From: Clostridia bacterium
Lineage (GTDB): Bacteria; Bacillota; Clostridia; TANB77; CAG-465
DNA: 64,000 nucleotides
Assembly: GCA_045536565.1 (NCBI GenBank)
Contig: JAZSNU010000020.1
Span: 81,262 to 145,261, forward strand
Direction of reading: 5' to 3'
Under the pieces are notes generated by a model. It was not told where the DNA came from. It worked only from the letters and a program-made list of their open reading frames with translations, and searched no databases. Positions 10,779 to 21,398 of this stretch are shown piece by piece. The translations under genes were made by a program, and so were the position numbers. How positions within the stretch are numbered: the stretch's first letter is position 1; each line of letters begins with the position of its first letter.

Positions 10779-10991
10779 TTAGTTTAATCTAAAAGTTCCA
10801 AGAGTCACCGCAAAATCATTAGGATATACTGTTATTGCTTCAACTGTTAAATTACCTGTAAGAAGTAATAATATAACAAGCAATTTATTTAAATCTAAAT
10901 CATTAAAAGGATTATTAGATGATATATTATTAAAATGATTTTGAGAATTATTTATAAATGGAAGGTCAAGGCTATTTAGAAAATCGTTCAT
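10779..10991 (-). CDS. Small hypothetical protein
   Basis: SD AGGTGA upstream of ATG; hydrophobic LLVILLLLTG segment. Confidence 0.6.
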   Translation of the reverse strand: MNDFLNSLDLPFINNSQNHFNNISSNNPFNDLDLNKLLVILLLLTGNLTVEAITVYPNDFAVTLGTFRLN

Positions 10992-11079
10992 AAAAAATCA
11001 CCTATTAAAATATACTCTTCTTATTGAATTATTATACACATCGTAGTATAATAACTTAGGTAAAGGCAAGGGTGAATAT

Positions 11080-11766
11080 ATGAATAAAAGTAAATTTTTT
11101 ACAGCAATTATTACTATTGGTATATCGGTAATAATACTATTAGTTATATTTAACTATCTATTTAATAATAGTTCTAAGATAAATCAAGGAAAATTCAGGA
11201 TATCTGATACTATATTAACAAGTGTAGTAGAATTAGAAGATAAAGCAGAGTTGGAAAACGAATGGAAGTTTGATATATCACAAAACAATAAAATATCTAT
11301 GCTTATTAAGACGGATAAAGGTATAGGTATTAAAGAGGTATATTTGGAAAAAGTTAAAGTAAAGTCAAAAAATGATGTTAGTATATATATAGAACAAGAT
11401 AAATATGAACTTAGCTATGAATACGGCAAAATAAAAGATAGAAAAGTTAATATATATACAGAAGAAACACAAGATGGAATTTACTTAATAGAATTTGATG
11501 TTAAGAATGAAGATATTATTTCAAACTTTAATATTCCGGAAGAAATAAAAGAACTTAGACATGATGGAACAATTTTAAATATTGCAAAGGTATCAATTTC
11601 TGATATCGTATTTACTTTAAAATATAATTTGGTAATTGTTGAAAACGGTGGACAAATAAACAAATGTAAAATACTAATAGAAATGCCTAATTCAAAAATA
11701 ATTACAGAAGGATTATCAGTTGAAAGGTTAGATTGTTCTAAATTTAATTTTAAAGTCGAATATTAA
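11080..11766 (+). CDS. Hypothetical membrane-anchored protein
   Basis: 228-aa ORF, N-terminal TM, SD GGGTGA. Confidence 0.75.
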   Translation: MNKSKFFTAIITIGISVIILLVIFNYLFNNSSKINQGKFRISDTILTSVVELEDKAELENEWKFDISQNNKISMLIKTDKGIGIKEVYLEKVKVKSKNDVSIYIEQDKYELSYEYGKIKDRKVNIYTEETQDGIYLIEFDVKNEDIISNFNIPEEIKELRHDGTILNIAKVSISDIVFTLKYNLVIVENGGQINKCKILIEMPNSKIITEGLSVERLDCSKFNFKVEY

Positions 11767-11784
11767 AAAAATAGTAAGAAAAGA

Positions 11785-11813
11785 TTGATTAATTAAATGA
11801 CATAGGGTATAAT
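11785..11813 (+). promoter_or_regulatory. Sigma-A promoter of SRP RNA/dnaX
   Basis: TTGATT-17-TATAAT. Confidence 0.7.
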
Positions 11814-11820
11814 ATGCGTA

Positions 11821-11907
11821 GTCGCTTAGGCGATAAGGTGTTTGTGAACCTTGTCAGATCCGGAAGGAAGCAGCAATAAGCATACTACCTTATGCGCCGT
11901 AAGCGAT
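11821..11907 (+). ncRNA. ffs: Small (4.5S-type) SRP RNA
   Basis: TCAGATCCGGAAGGAAGCAGC helix-8 motif; ends GTCGCTTA/TAAGCGAT pair; upstream of dnaX as in other Firmicutes. Confidence 0.92.
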
Positions 11908-11937
11908 TTTATTATACATATTTTAAGGGGTGAGAAT

Positions 11938-13476
11938 ATGTCATATGTAGCGTTGTATAGAAAGTATAGACCGCTTGATTTTGACTCGGTAGTAGGTCAA
12001 AATCATATAACGGATATATTAAGAAAACAAATAATAAATGACAAAATATCTCATGCGTACATTTTTAGTGGAAGTAGGGGAACTGGAAAAACATCTACTG
12101 CTAAAATATTTTCAAGAGCAGTTAATTGCTTGAATTTAAAGGATGGAAATCCATGTAATGAATGTGCAGCATGTAAAAGTATATTAGATGATGAAACGAC
12201 AGATGTTGTAGAAATGGACGCAGCTTCTAACAATTCAGTAGAAAACATTAGAGCGATAAGGCAAGAAGTTATTTATGCAACAACAAATTTAAAGTATAAA
12301 ATATACATAATAGATGAAGCACATATGCTATCAACAAGTGCTTTTAATGCTTTGCTTAAAACATTAGAAGAGCCGCCAGAGAATGTTATATTTATACTTG
12401 CTACTACTGAAGAACATAAATTACTTCCAACTATACTTTCAAGATGTATGAGATTTGAATTTAAAAAGATATCAATAGATGATGTTGTAAAAAGAATAGA
12501 ATATATATTGCAAGATAGCAATATAGAATATGAAAAAGAAGCAGTATCATATGTTGCAAGTATTTGTGATGGTGGTATGAGAGATGCATTAAGCATTCTT
12601 GAAAGATGTATAGAAGATGAAAATGCTAAAATAACATTAGATAAGATACAAGACATAGTAGGAATGTCAGATATAAACATATTAAAAGAATTAGCAAAAG
12701 GTATATTAGAATATGACCTAGCAAAAGCAAATGAATCTACGCAAAAGATTTTAGATACAGGTAAGGATGTAAGGTATATTACAACGGAACTTTTAGATAT
12801 ATTTATGGGATATATGCTAAGTAGTGAAAACAAGGAAAATGTAATTAGATACAACTATATTATAAAAGAACTATCAAAATTAGATAGCGATTTAAGACAA
12901 GCAATAAATGTTAATATATTGTTTAAAGCTAAAATAATAGAGCTTTGCACAAAAGTTGTATATGAAGATAAGGCGGATTTGTTGGAAAAAATAGAAAAAC
13001 TAGAAATGAGAATAAAGAACTTAGAAGAAAACAAATCAAATATTGTATATAAAGAGATAGAAGTAAAAAAAGAAGTAGAGAACAAACCAAAGGAAGTAGT
13101 TAAAGAAAATGCATCTGATAAAAAGGAAGATAAATCGAAAATAAGTAAGGAAAAAGCAAACAATATATTGTTTAAAGACTTTGATAAGCTTAGAAATATA
13201 GTAATGGAAAAAGATAATCTACAATTATTCTCTGCTCTTACAGGTGTTAAAGCATTTCAAAATGGAGACGAAATAGTATTTAATACTGAAAATAAATTTG
13301 CCTATACCATTTTAAGTAAAAATGAAAATACTGAAATGCTAAGGGAAATAACACATGAAATAGTAGACCCTGATTGTAATATAAAAATACAGTATGGAAG
13401 CAAAGAAAATAAAACTCAAAACAATTTCGAATCATATATGCAAAATAACGAAATACCGTTTACTGCAATTGATTAA
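11938..13476 (+). CDS. dnaX: DNA polymerase III gamma/tau
   Basis: ALYRKYRP, GSRGTGKTS, DAASN, DEAHML; start ATG 11938. Confidence 0.96.
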   Translation: MSYVALYRKYRPLDFDSVVGQNHITDILRKQIINDKISHAYIFSGSRGTGKTSTAKIFSRAVNCLNLKDGNPCNECAACKSILDDETTDVVEMDAASNNSVENIRAIRQEVIYATTNLKYKIYIIDEAHMLSTSAFNALLKTLEEPPENVIFILATTEEHKLLPTILSRCMRFEFKKISIDDVVKRIEYILQDSNIEYEKEAVSYVASICDGGMRDALSILERCIEDENAKITLDKIQDIVGMSDINILKELAKGILEYDLAKANESTQKILDTGKDVRYITTELLDIFMGYMLSSENKENVIRYNYIIKELSKLDSDLRQAINVNILFKAKIIELCTKVVYEDKADLLEKIEKLEMRIKNLEENKSNIVYKEIEVKKEVENKPKEVVKENASDKKEDKSKISKEKANNILFKDFDKLRNIVMEKDNLQLFSALTGVKAFQNGDEIVFNTENKFAYTILSKNENTEMLREITHEIVDPDCNIKIQYGSKENKTQNNFESYMQNNEIPFTAID

Positions 13477-13521
13477 TAAATTTTAAAATCAAAAATATAA
13501 TAATAGAAAGGATGATTAAAA

Positions 13522-13851
13522 ATGGCAAAATTCGGAGGATTCCCAGGTGGAGGAATGAATATTCAAAATTTAATGAAACAAGCACAAAAAATGCAAGCAG
13601 ATATGCAAAAGAAACAAGCAGAGGTAGCAAGTAAAGAAATAGTTACATCAGCAGGTGGAGAGGCTGTTGTTGTTAAAGCAACAGGAGATAAAGTTATAAA
13701 AGAAATTATAATAAAAAAAGAAGTAGTAGACCCAGAAGATGTAGAAATGCTACAAGACTTAATTCTTACTGCGGTTAATGAAGCGTTAGGCAAAGCAGAT
13801 AGTATGATGCAAGAAGGTTTAGGAGATTTTAACATACCAGGATTAATGTAG
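13522..13851 (+). CDS. ybaB: YbaB/EbfC nucleoid-associated protein
   Basis: [20 protein letters not shown]; dnaX-recR context. Confidence 0.93.
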   Translation: MAKFGGFPGGGMNIQNLMKQAQKMQADMQKKQAEVASKEIVTSAGGEAVVVKATGDKVIKEIIIKKEVVDPEDVEMLQDLILTAVNEALGKADSMMQEGLGDFNIPGLM

Positions 13852-13861
13852 GAGATAAAAT

Positions 13862-14455
13862 ATGTATTCAGAATCAGTTCAAAAGTTAATTAAAGAGTTT
13901 GAAAAATTTCCTGGGATAGGTCATAAAACAGCAGTAAGGCTTGCCTTTTATGTTTTAGAAGAAGATGAATCTTTTGCTAAAAATATGGCAAGTGCAATTG
14001 TTGAAGCCAAGAGCAAAGTTAAATTTTGCTCTAAATGCTTTAATATGACAGATACTGACCCATGTTCAATATGCTCAAATCAAAAAAGAGATAAAGAGTT
14101 ACTTTGCGTTGTAGAAGATGTAAAAGATGTAGTTGCAATGGAAAAAACACATGAATTTAAAGGAATGTACCATGTACTTCATGGAGCAATATCTCCTATG
14201 AATAATGTGTCTGCCGCAGATATAAAGATAAAAGAATTAGTTTCAAGACTTTCAGATAATGAAATTAAAGAGGTAATTATTGCAACAAATCCTACTATTG
14301 AAGGTGAGGCAACAGCAATGTATATATCAAGACTTTTGAAACCATTAGGTGTAAAAGTTACTAGAATTGCACATGGAATACCAGTAGGAGGCGACCTAGA
14401 ATATACTGATGAAATTACACTAATTAAAGCCTTAGAAGGTAGAAGGGAAATGTAA
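13862..14455 (+). CDS. recR: Recombination protein RecR
   Basis: [12 protein letters not shown]4 zinc finger, [17 protein letters not shown]. Confidence 0.97.
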   Translation: MYSESVQKLIKEFEKFPGIGHKTAVRLAFYVLEEDESFAKNMASAIVEAKSKVKFCSKCFNMTDTDPCSICSNQKRDKELLCVVEDVKDVVAMEKTHEFKGMYHVLHGAISPMNNVSAADIKIKELVSRLSDNEIKEVIIATNPTIEGEATAMYISRLLKPLGVKVTRIAHGIPVGGDLEYTDEITLIKALEGRREM

Positions 14456-14456
14456 T

Positions 14457-15821
14457 ATGGATAAATTTAAAAAATTAAGACAAGATTATCCAATATTTGA
14501 ATATAACTCATACAAAATAGAATATAACAAGGGAAACATTAAAGTACAGTATTACTTTAATGTTCCTGGTCTTACCCAGTTTAGTCCAAGCTGGGATTTT
14601 CCATTTGCGGGAGAGTTAACAGAGCAGCAAAAAACATTATTTGAAACTGTTATATTTAACTTGGGCATGGTTGAGGTTGTGTCATACTTAAAGGCAACTT
14701 GTTCACCAAAGCTTATTGTAAAAACCGGAGAGTTAAATAATGAACAAATAGATTGGTATAAAAAGTTATATATTAATGGATTAGGAGAATTTTTCTATGT
14801 AAATGGGTTAGCGCATGAAATGAATATAGATACATTTGTAAATATTATATGTGAAACTGATAAAAGTCATATTGAAGCCAAAGAATCAAATATAGATTTA
14901 GATGGTAATTTAATACCAGTTGGTGGAGGGAAAGATTCTGTTTTAACATTAGAGGTGTTAGAAGAAGAAAAAAACACCAATACTTGTTATATTGTTAATC
15001 CGAGAGGGGCTTCATACGAATGTGCAAAAATGGCGGGATATGATGATAATGATATATATTGTCCAAAAAGATATTTAGATAAGAAAATAATAGAATTAAA
15101 TAATCAAGGTTTCTTAAATGGACATACACCATTTTCCGCTATACTTGCATTTTCTTCATATGCATCTGCAATATTACTTGGTAAAAAATATATAGTGCTA
15201 TCAAATGAGGATAGTGCAAATGAATCAAATGTTGAGGGAACAAGTATAAATCATCAGTATTCAAAAAGTATTGAATTTGAAAATGATTTTAGGTATTATG
15301 CTAAAAAATATTTATGCCAAAATGGTCCGGAATATTTTAGTTTATTAAGACCAATAAGTGAATGGCAAATAGTAAAAGGGTTTGTAAAGAGTTCAAAATA
15401 TTTTGAAATATTTAAAAGTTGTAATGTTGGTTCTAAAACTGATATATGGTGTGAGGACTGTCCTAAATGTTTGTATGTATATATAATGTTAGATGCTTTT
15501 TTAGAAGATAGTTATATGAATAAAATATTTAAAACAAATATGCTTGAGAATAATAAATTAGAAAATATATTTAATGGTTTAGTATATCCAAATTATGACA
15601 AACCTTTTGAATGTGTAGGCACAAAAGAGGAAGTAAATCTGTGTATTGATATGATAATATCTAAACTAAAAAAACAAAACAAGGACTTACCAGTTCTTTT
15701 AAGAAACCATAAAGTAGAGCAAGAGTTGGAAGATAGAATAAATAAAATGGTAAATAATTGGAATAACAATAATAATTTACCAAAAGAATTTGAAATAAAG
15801 TTGAGAGAATATTTAATGTAA
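14457..15821 (+). CDS. murL: UDP-MurNAc-L-Ala-L-Glu epimerase (MurL family)
   Basis: GGGKDS, GHTPFSA, SNE, NHQYSKS, SCN, WCxxCPKC, KPFECVG; adjacent to murD-like ligase. Confidence 0.8.
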   Translation: MDKFKKLRQDYPIFEYNSYKIEYNKGNIKVQYYFNVPGLTQFSPSWDFPFAGELTEQQKTLFETVIFNLGMVEVVSYLKATCSPKLIVKTGELNNEQIDWYKKLYINGLGEFFYVNGLAHEMNIDTFVNIICETDKSHIEAKESNIDLDGNLIPVGGGKDSVLTLEVLEEEKNTNTCYIVNPRGASYECAKMAGYDDNDIYCPKRYLDKKIIELNNQGFLNGHTPFSAILAFSSYASAILLGKKYIVLSNEDSANESNVEGTSINHQYSKSIEFENDFRYYAKKYLCQNGPEYFSLLRPISEWQIVKGFVKSSKYFEIFKSCNVGSKTDIWCEDCPKCLYVYIMLDAFLEDSYMNKIFKTNMLENNKLENIFNGLVYPNYDKPFECVGTKEEVNLCIDMIISKLKKQNKDLPVLLRNHKVEQELEDRINKMVNNWNNNNNLPKEFEIKLREYLM

Positions 15822-15836
15822 GTTTGAGGAGAATAC

Positions 15837-17123
15837 ATGTTAAAACAAAAAATAATAGAGGAACTTAAAAATAAAAAGGTATTAATTTTAGGTTTTGGAA
15901 GAGAAGGAAGAAGTACATATAACTTCATACAAAACAACAATGTAAACTGTATATTGGGAGTAGCGGATAAGAATGAAATAGTAGATGAGAAAATAGTAAA
16001 TAGTAATATAAGTTTATATACAGATGAAAAGTATTTAGATAGTATATTTGAATATGATATTGTAATGAAATCACCTGGAATATCATTAAAAGATATTGAT
16101 TATTCTAGTATTGAAGATAAAATAACATCTCAAACAGAACTTTTCTTAAAGTATGCATCAAAAAAAACAATAGGTATAACAGGTACAAAGGGAAAAAGTA
16201 CAACATCTTCTATTTTACACAATATGTTAAAAACAAAGTATAACACAATGCTTGTTGGAAATATTGGTAAGCCAGTATTTGAAGAAATTGATAAATATAA
16301 CGATATAGACTATTATGTGTATGAATTATCTTCTCACCAATTAGAGCATGTAGGATATAGTCCTCATATATCGGTTTTACTTAATATGTATGAGGAGCAT
16401 CTTGACCATTATAACTCATTTGACGAATATAAAGATGCAAAGAGAAATATATTTAAACATCAAAAAGAAACAGATTACTTAATATATAATCAAGATATGG
16501 AAGATATAATTTTAGGAGGTTATAGTCCAATACAAAACATATTAGATATATCAAAAATAGATTTTGAAATTAAAACAAATCTTATTGGAAAGCATAATGA
16601 GTACAATATGAGTGTAGCAGTAACCATAGCAGTATTACTGGGTGTAGATAATATGAGCATATCAAATTCGTTGCAAGAATTTAAAGGACTTCCACATAGA
16701 TTAGAATATGTAGGGAAATATAATAATATTTATTTTGTAGATGATTCTATTGCAACTATACCAGAGGCGACTATTTCTGCTATTGAAAGCATAGAAAATG
16801 TTAGCACAGTTATAATAGGTGGAATGGATAGGGGAATAGATTATACTAATTTAATAGATTACCTTAATAATAGTAATTTAGATAATATAGTGTTAATGAA
16901 TGATAGTGGAAAGAGAATATATGCTGGGTTAAACAAAACAAATAGAAAAAACAATATAGTCATAGTAAATAGTTTAGAAGAAGCAGTAAAATATGCAATT
17001 CAGAATACAAACAAAAATATGACATGTCTATTATCTCCTGCCGCGGCAAGTTATGGAATATTCAAAAACTTTGAACAGCGAGGAGATAAATTTAAAGAAT
17101 ATATTATAAAATATACAAAATAA
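15837..17123 (+). CDS. murD: MurD-family glutamate ligase (likely MurD2, L-Glu-adding)
   Basis: GFGREG, KSPGI, GTKGKSTT, ELSSHQL, HLDHY, LPHRLE, DDSIAT, SPAAAS. Confidence 0.88.
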   Translation: MLKQKIIEELKNKKVLILGFGREGRSTYNFIQNNNVNCILGVADKNEIVDEKIVNSNISLYTDEKYLDSIFEYDIVMKSPGISLKDIDYSSIEDKITSQTELFLKYASKKTIGITGTKGKSTTSSILHNMLKTKYNTMLVGNIGKPVFEEIDKYNDIDYYVYELSSHQLEHVGYSPHISVLLNMYEEHLDHYNSFDEYKDAKRNIFKHQKETDYLIYNQDMEDIILGGYSPIQNILDISKIDFEIKTNLIGKHNEYNMSVAVTIAVLLGVDNMSISNSLQEFKGLPHRLEYVGKYNNIYFVDDSIATIPEATISAIESIENVSTVIIGGMDRGIDYTNLIDYLNNSNLDNIVLMNDSGKRIYAGLNKTNRKNNIVIVNSLEEAVKYAIQNTNKNMTCLLSPAAASYGIFKNFEQRGDKFKEYIIKYTK

Positions 17124-17265
17124 GGAACTTTTTTCCTTATTTTTTTCTGTTGTTATAAAGTATAAAAACAAATTACAAAAAAATTACACTTTTTATACAA
17201 AAAGTATAGTCAAATTATATTTTTGTGATATAATTAATACAAATTGATGTTAAAGAGGTGTCGGT

Positions 17266-17952
17266 ATGGATAAGAAAATATTAATAGTTGATGATGAAAA
17301 ACCAATTGTTGATATATTAAAATTTAATCTAGAAAAAGAAGGATACAAAACTATCGAAGCATATGATGGAGAACAAGCAGTTGCTCTTGCTTTTGAATCA
17401 AATCCAGATTTAATAATATTGGATGTAATGCTTCCTAAAATGGATGGGTTTACTGTATGTAAAAAAATAAGACAAAAATTAACTTGCCCAGTAATAATGC
17501 TTACAGCTAAAGAGGAAGTTGTAGATAAAATAATTGGTTTGGAACTTGGCGCAGATGACTATATGACAAAACCATTTAGTATCCGTGAATTAACTGCTAG
17601 AATTAAGGCTAATTTAAGAAAACATGTTATACAAGAAGAGGTTGAAGAAGAGAATCAAACTAGTATTAAAATTAAAGATTTGGTTCTAGATTCTGAAAAA
17701 TATGTTGTAATAAAAAATGGAACAATAATTGACCTTACAATGAAAGAGTTTGAAGTACTTAAACTTTTAGCAACTCATGCAGGACAAGTATTTACAAGAG
17801 AACAAATACTTAAAAATGTGTGGGGATATGATTACTATGGAGATTTAAGATCAGTTGATGTTACAATAAGAAGAATAAGAGAAAAAATTGAAGACAATAC
17901 AGCTGAACCTAAATATATTATAACAAAAAGAGGAATAGGATATTATGTTTAA
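17266..17952 (+). CDS. walR: OmpR-family response regulator, WalR/YycF-like
   Basis: VDDEKPIVDILKFNL, LELGADDY, VWGYDYYGD. Confidence 0.8.
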   Translation: MDKKILIVDDEKPIVDILKFNLEKEGYKTIEAYDGEQAVALAFESNPDLIILDVMLPKMDGFTVCKKIRQKLTCPVIMLTAKEEVVDKIIGLELGADDYMTKPFSIRELTARIKANLRKHVIQEEVEEENQTSIKIKDLVLDSEKYVVIKNGTIIDLTMKEFEVLKLLATHAGQVFTREQILKNVWGYDYYGDLRSVDVTIRRIREKIEDNTAEPKYIITKRGIGYYV

Positions 17953-19339
17953 ATCTATTAAATCAAGTATAAGAATATTTGCAATACTTATGGTACTTAT
18001 TACATCTTTATTAACAATGATGTTGGTGTCATATAAGCATACAGGAAAAATAGAGATTACATTTGACACACTAATTGTAGTAGCAATTGGTGTGTTAGTT
18101 TTAGTGGGCTTTATTGTGGCTACTGCAATTTCAAAAGGTATAACTATGCCAATGAAAAAGATGGAAAAAGCCATGAATAATATACTAAGCGGAAGATTAA
18201 ACAATGTAAATAAAAGAATGTTAACAGAACATGCAAAATCAGAAGAAATGCAAAATTTTGTTGGTATTTTTGATGATATGATGAATATGATGGCAAAGAA
18301 AAACTTTGACCTAAATAGTGAAGAAAGTAAAACAGAGATAATACTTGAACATATGGCAGATGGAGTAGTTGCTTTTTCTGTAAATAGGCAAGTGATACAT
18401 ATGAATAAAGCAGCAATGGAACTGCTTGGAATTACAAGTGGTGAGGATACATTTGAAAAAATTGTAAAGAAGATAGGTATAAAATTAGAATTTGATAAAA
18501 TAATGTACCTTCCAAATTACAAGAATATTGAACAAGAAGTAAGTGTAAATGATAATGTTTTAAAACTTGTTTTAGTGCCATATCATAGCAATAAAATGAT
18601 GCCTATGGGTGTTATATTAATAGTAAAGAATATAACAGAAAGTATTAAGTTGGATGATATGAGAAAAGAATTTGTTGCAAATGTTTCTCATGAGTTAAAA
18701 ACACCACTTACATCGATTAAAGGATATTCCGAAACAATATTAAATGGTGGTTTGTCACCCGAAGAAAGCGAAAGATTTATTAAAGTAATAAACAATGAAG
18801 CAAATAGAATGAATAGGCTTGTGCAAGATTTACTTCAACTTTCTAGATTTGATTATCAGAAGAATAAATTTACAGCAGTTAAATTTAATTTAGATGATTT
18901 AGCAAAAGAAGTAGCAGAAAAAATGCAGTATGTAGCATCTGAGAAAAAGCATAAGTTAGAATGCATAATTAATATGGTGCCACCTCCAATATTTGCCGAT
19001 AAAGATGCAATTGAGCAAGTAATAATAAATGTAGTAAGCAATAGTATTAAATATACACCAGATGGTGGAGAGATATTTATATATGTTGGAAATATTGCAG
19101 GTAAAGCATATATAAAAGTGGTGGACAATGGCATAGGTATCCCAGAAAAAGATTTAAAAAGAATATTTGAAAGATTTTATAGGGTAGATAAAGCCCGTTC
19201 GAGAGAGATGGGTGGAACAGGTCTCGGTCTTTCTATTGTAAAAGAAATTGTAGATAAAAACAACGGAACAATTGAAATGAAGAGCGAACCAGGTAAAGGA
19301 ACAGAAGTAATAATAACATTACCTACAAAAACAAATTAG
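17945..19339 (+). CDS. walK: Sensor histidine kinase, WalK-like (HAMP-PAS-HisKA-HATPase)
   Basis: FVANVSHELKTPLT, RFYRVDKARSREMGGTGLGL; overlaps the regulator. Confidence 0.75.
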   Translation: MFKSIKSSIRIFAILMVLITSLLTMMLVSYKHTGKIEITFDTLIVVAIGVLVLVGFIVATAISKGITMPMKKMEKAMNNILSGRLNNVNKRMLTEHAKSEEMQNFVGIFDDMMNMMAKKNFDLNSEESKTEIILEHMADGVVAFSVNRQVIHMNKAAMELLGITSGEDTFEKIVKKIGIKLEFDKIMYLPNYKNIEQEVSVNDNVLKLVLVPYHSNKMMPMGVILIVKNITESIKLDDMRKEFVANVSHELKTPLTSIKGYSETILNGGLSPEESERFIKVINNEANRMNRLVQDLLQLSRFDYQKNKFTAVKFNLDDLAKEVAEKMQYVASEKKHKLECIINMVPPPIFADKDAIEQVIINVVSNSIKYTPDGGEIFIYVGNIAGKAYIKVVDNGIGIPEKDLKRIFERFYRVDKARSREMGGTGLGLSIVKEIVDKNNGTIEMKSEPGKGTEVIITLPTKTN

Positions 19340-19353
19340 AAAGGATATATGGC

Positions 19354-20133
19354 ATGAAGATATTTGATACACACGCACATTATGACGATGAAAGGTATGA
19401 AAAAGATTTACAACAAGTTATAAAAGACAATTATGAAAGTGGAGTACTAAAAATAGTAAATGCATCGTATGACTTGGATAGTTCATTAAAATCAAAACAG
19501 CTTGCTAATAGATTTGACAATGTATACTATTCTGTTGGAATTCATCCAGATAGTGTAAGAGAAAATGTAGATGAAGACATAGAGAAGTTAGAAAGCATCA
19601 TACAAGCATATAAAGATAATACTAAATTAGTGGCAATAGGGGAAATAGGCTTAGATTATCACTATACAAAAGAGAACAAACTACTTCAAAAAGTGTATTT
19701 AGAAAAACAGTTAGAACTTGCTATAAAATATAATTTGCCAGTAATAATACATTGTAGAGATGCAAGTGATGATATGTATCATGTATTAAACAATGATAAA
19801 TATAAAGATCTAAGTATAGTTTTTCATTGTTTTCAGCCGGCAGATGCAATTGTTAATCTTGTTATAAAAAGAAAATGGTTTATTGGATTGGGTGGAAATA
19901 TAACATATAAAAGAAGTGCTCATAGCATAGATTTAATAAAATTAGTTCCTCTTGATCAAATTATGGTTGAGACAGATGCACCTTATTTGTCACCCGAGCC
20001 TGTACGAGGCACAAGAAATGAATCTAAAAATATAAAATATGTAATACAAAAATTAGCAGAAGTGAAAGGCGTTGAAATAAAAACACTTCAAGAAATATTA
20101 TATGATAATAGTCTTAAATTTTATAGAATATAA
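19354..20133 (+). CDS. tatD: TatD-family nuclease
   Basis: DTHAH, GEIGLDY, IHCRDA, ETDAPYL. Confidence 0.93.
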   Translation: MKIFDTHAHYDDERYEKDLQQVIKDNYESGVLKIVNASYDLDSSLKSKQLANRFDNVYYSVGIHPDSVRENVDEDIEKLESIIQAYKDNTKLVAIGEIGLDYHYTKENKLLQKVYLEKQLELAIKYNLPVIIHCRDASDDMYHVLNNDKYKDLSIVFHCFQPADAIVNLVIKRKWFIGLGGNITYKRSAHSIDLIKLVPLDQIMVETDAPYLSPEPVRGTRNESKNIKYVIQKLAEVKGVEIKTLQEILYDNSLKFYRI

Positions 20134-20152
20134 CAAACAAAAATACAATAAT

Positions 20153-20180
20153 AAAAGTCATGGATAAACCCATGACTTTT
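20153..20180. terminator. Bidirectional intrinsic terminator
   Basis: AAAAGTCATGG...CCATGACTTTT. Confidence 0.8.
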
Positions 20181-20199
20181 TAATTTTTTATAATATATA

Positions 20200-20523
20200 T
20201 TAATCAACAAATGTATCTTTGATAGTTCTTACTACACCTTTAAGAATGTTTAATTGTTTATCAGTTAAATACATTTCGTTATCTTCTGCAATATCAGAAT
20301 GTTTTAATGATTCGAACAATAAATAATCTAAACTAACATCTAGAACATTTGCAAGACATACTATTGTTTCTAGACTAGGAGATTTTACGCCACGCTCAAC
20401 ATCACCAAGGAAGTTTGGAGATACACCAATTTCTTCTGCCAAGGCAAATTGTGTTAAATATTTTTCTTTACGAATTCTTCTAATTCTGTTACCTAAATCT
20501 TTATTATTTATTACAGCTGACAT
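20200..20523 (-). CDS. XRE-family HTH regulator
   Basis: LGNRIRRIRKEK.LTQ..LAE.IGVS..FLG.VERG..SPS. Confidence 0.9.
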   Translation of the reverse strand: MSAVINNKDLGNRIRRIRKEKYLTQFALAEEIGVSPNFLGDVERGVKSPSLETIVCLANVLDVSLDYLLFESLKHSDIAEDNEMYLTDKQLNILKGVVRTIKDTFVD

Positions 20524-20797
20524 ATGTAATCACTCCTTTTACGCATAATTAAATATATAATATTTAGCAGTAAAATAGAACAAACTAAAAGATTGCAAAC
20601 AAACACTAATAGGGTTATAATAAATATTGTGTGCTAAAAAAATGAAATATAAACAAAAGACTTAGCAAAACTATTTAATTATAAATAGGTGATAAGTATA
20701 AATTATTAAGTTGTTGCAAATGTTTACATAATGTGGTATAATACAAAATGTATTTTATATACAAATTTATAATAAAATTATTATGGAGGAAAAAATT

Positions 20798-21397
20798 ATG
20801 ACTAATGGATTTTTTAACCGGTACAAATTGCCTATATTTATTGTAGGCGGGATTCTTGTAACAATTCTGTGTGTATACCTAATATCACTCGGAACAAAGA
20901 CTCAGGCAAATAAGCTTGAAAACTATGTTGAAACGGCAGCAGCCGATATAACCATTGTGGAAAAGGAAAGAACAGACAAATTAGACACCTTGTTTGGAAC
21001 TGTAAAGGCAAATGCAAAACACGAAAAAAGCATAATTGATTCAATTACAAAGTCTAGACAAAGAATTTCTACTAGTTTAGAAGAAGGAAACTTAGGAGCA
21101 GTTCAGTCTGAAATGAGTAAGGTTGCTTCTACTATTGAAGTCCTTGTGGAAAATTATCCTGAAATATCAGCAACAAAAGCATATATTGAATTTATGAATG
21201 CATCTGCAATTGCTGAATCTAAGATATCATCTCATAGAACCAATTATAATGCAGCAGTTCGTGAATACAATGATTTTGTTGACGGATCATTTAATAGAAT
21301 GCTTTTAAAACTTTCTGGTTATAAGATAAAAACATTAGAACTTCTTGACTTCGGCATTGTATATCAAGATCCTGTAAAATACGATTGGGAGGACTAA
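20798..21397 (+). CDS. LemA-family protein
   Basis: N-terminal TM, VENYPEI, YNAAVREYN; start ATG 20798 after GGAGG. Confidence 0.85.
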   Translation: MTNGFFNRYKLPIFIVGGILVTILCVYLISLGTKTQANKLENYVETAAADITIVEKERTDKLDTLFGTVKANAKHEKSIIDSITKSRQRISTSLEEGNLGAVQSEMSKVASTIEVLVENYPEISATKAYIEFMNASAIAESKISSHRTNYNAAVREYNDFVDGSFNRMLLKLSGYKIKTLELLDFGIVYQDPVKYDWED

Positions 21398-21398
21398 T

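Noticed and set aside
11851-11937. N-terminal extension of dnaX in the ORF track
   Set aside because: Overlaps the SRP RNA; the conserved DnaX start is ATG 11938
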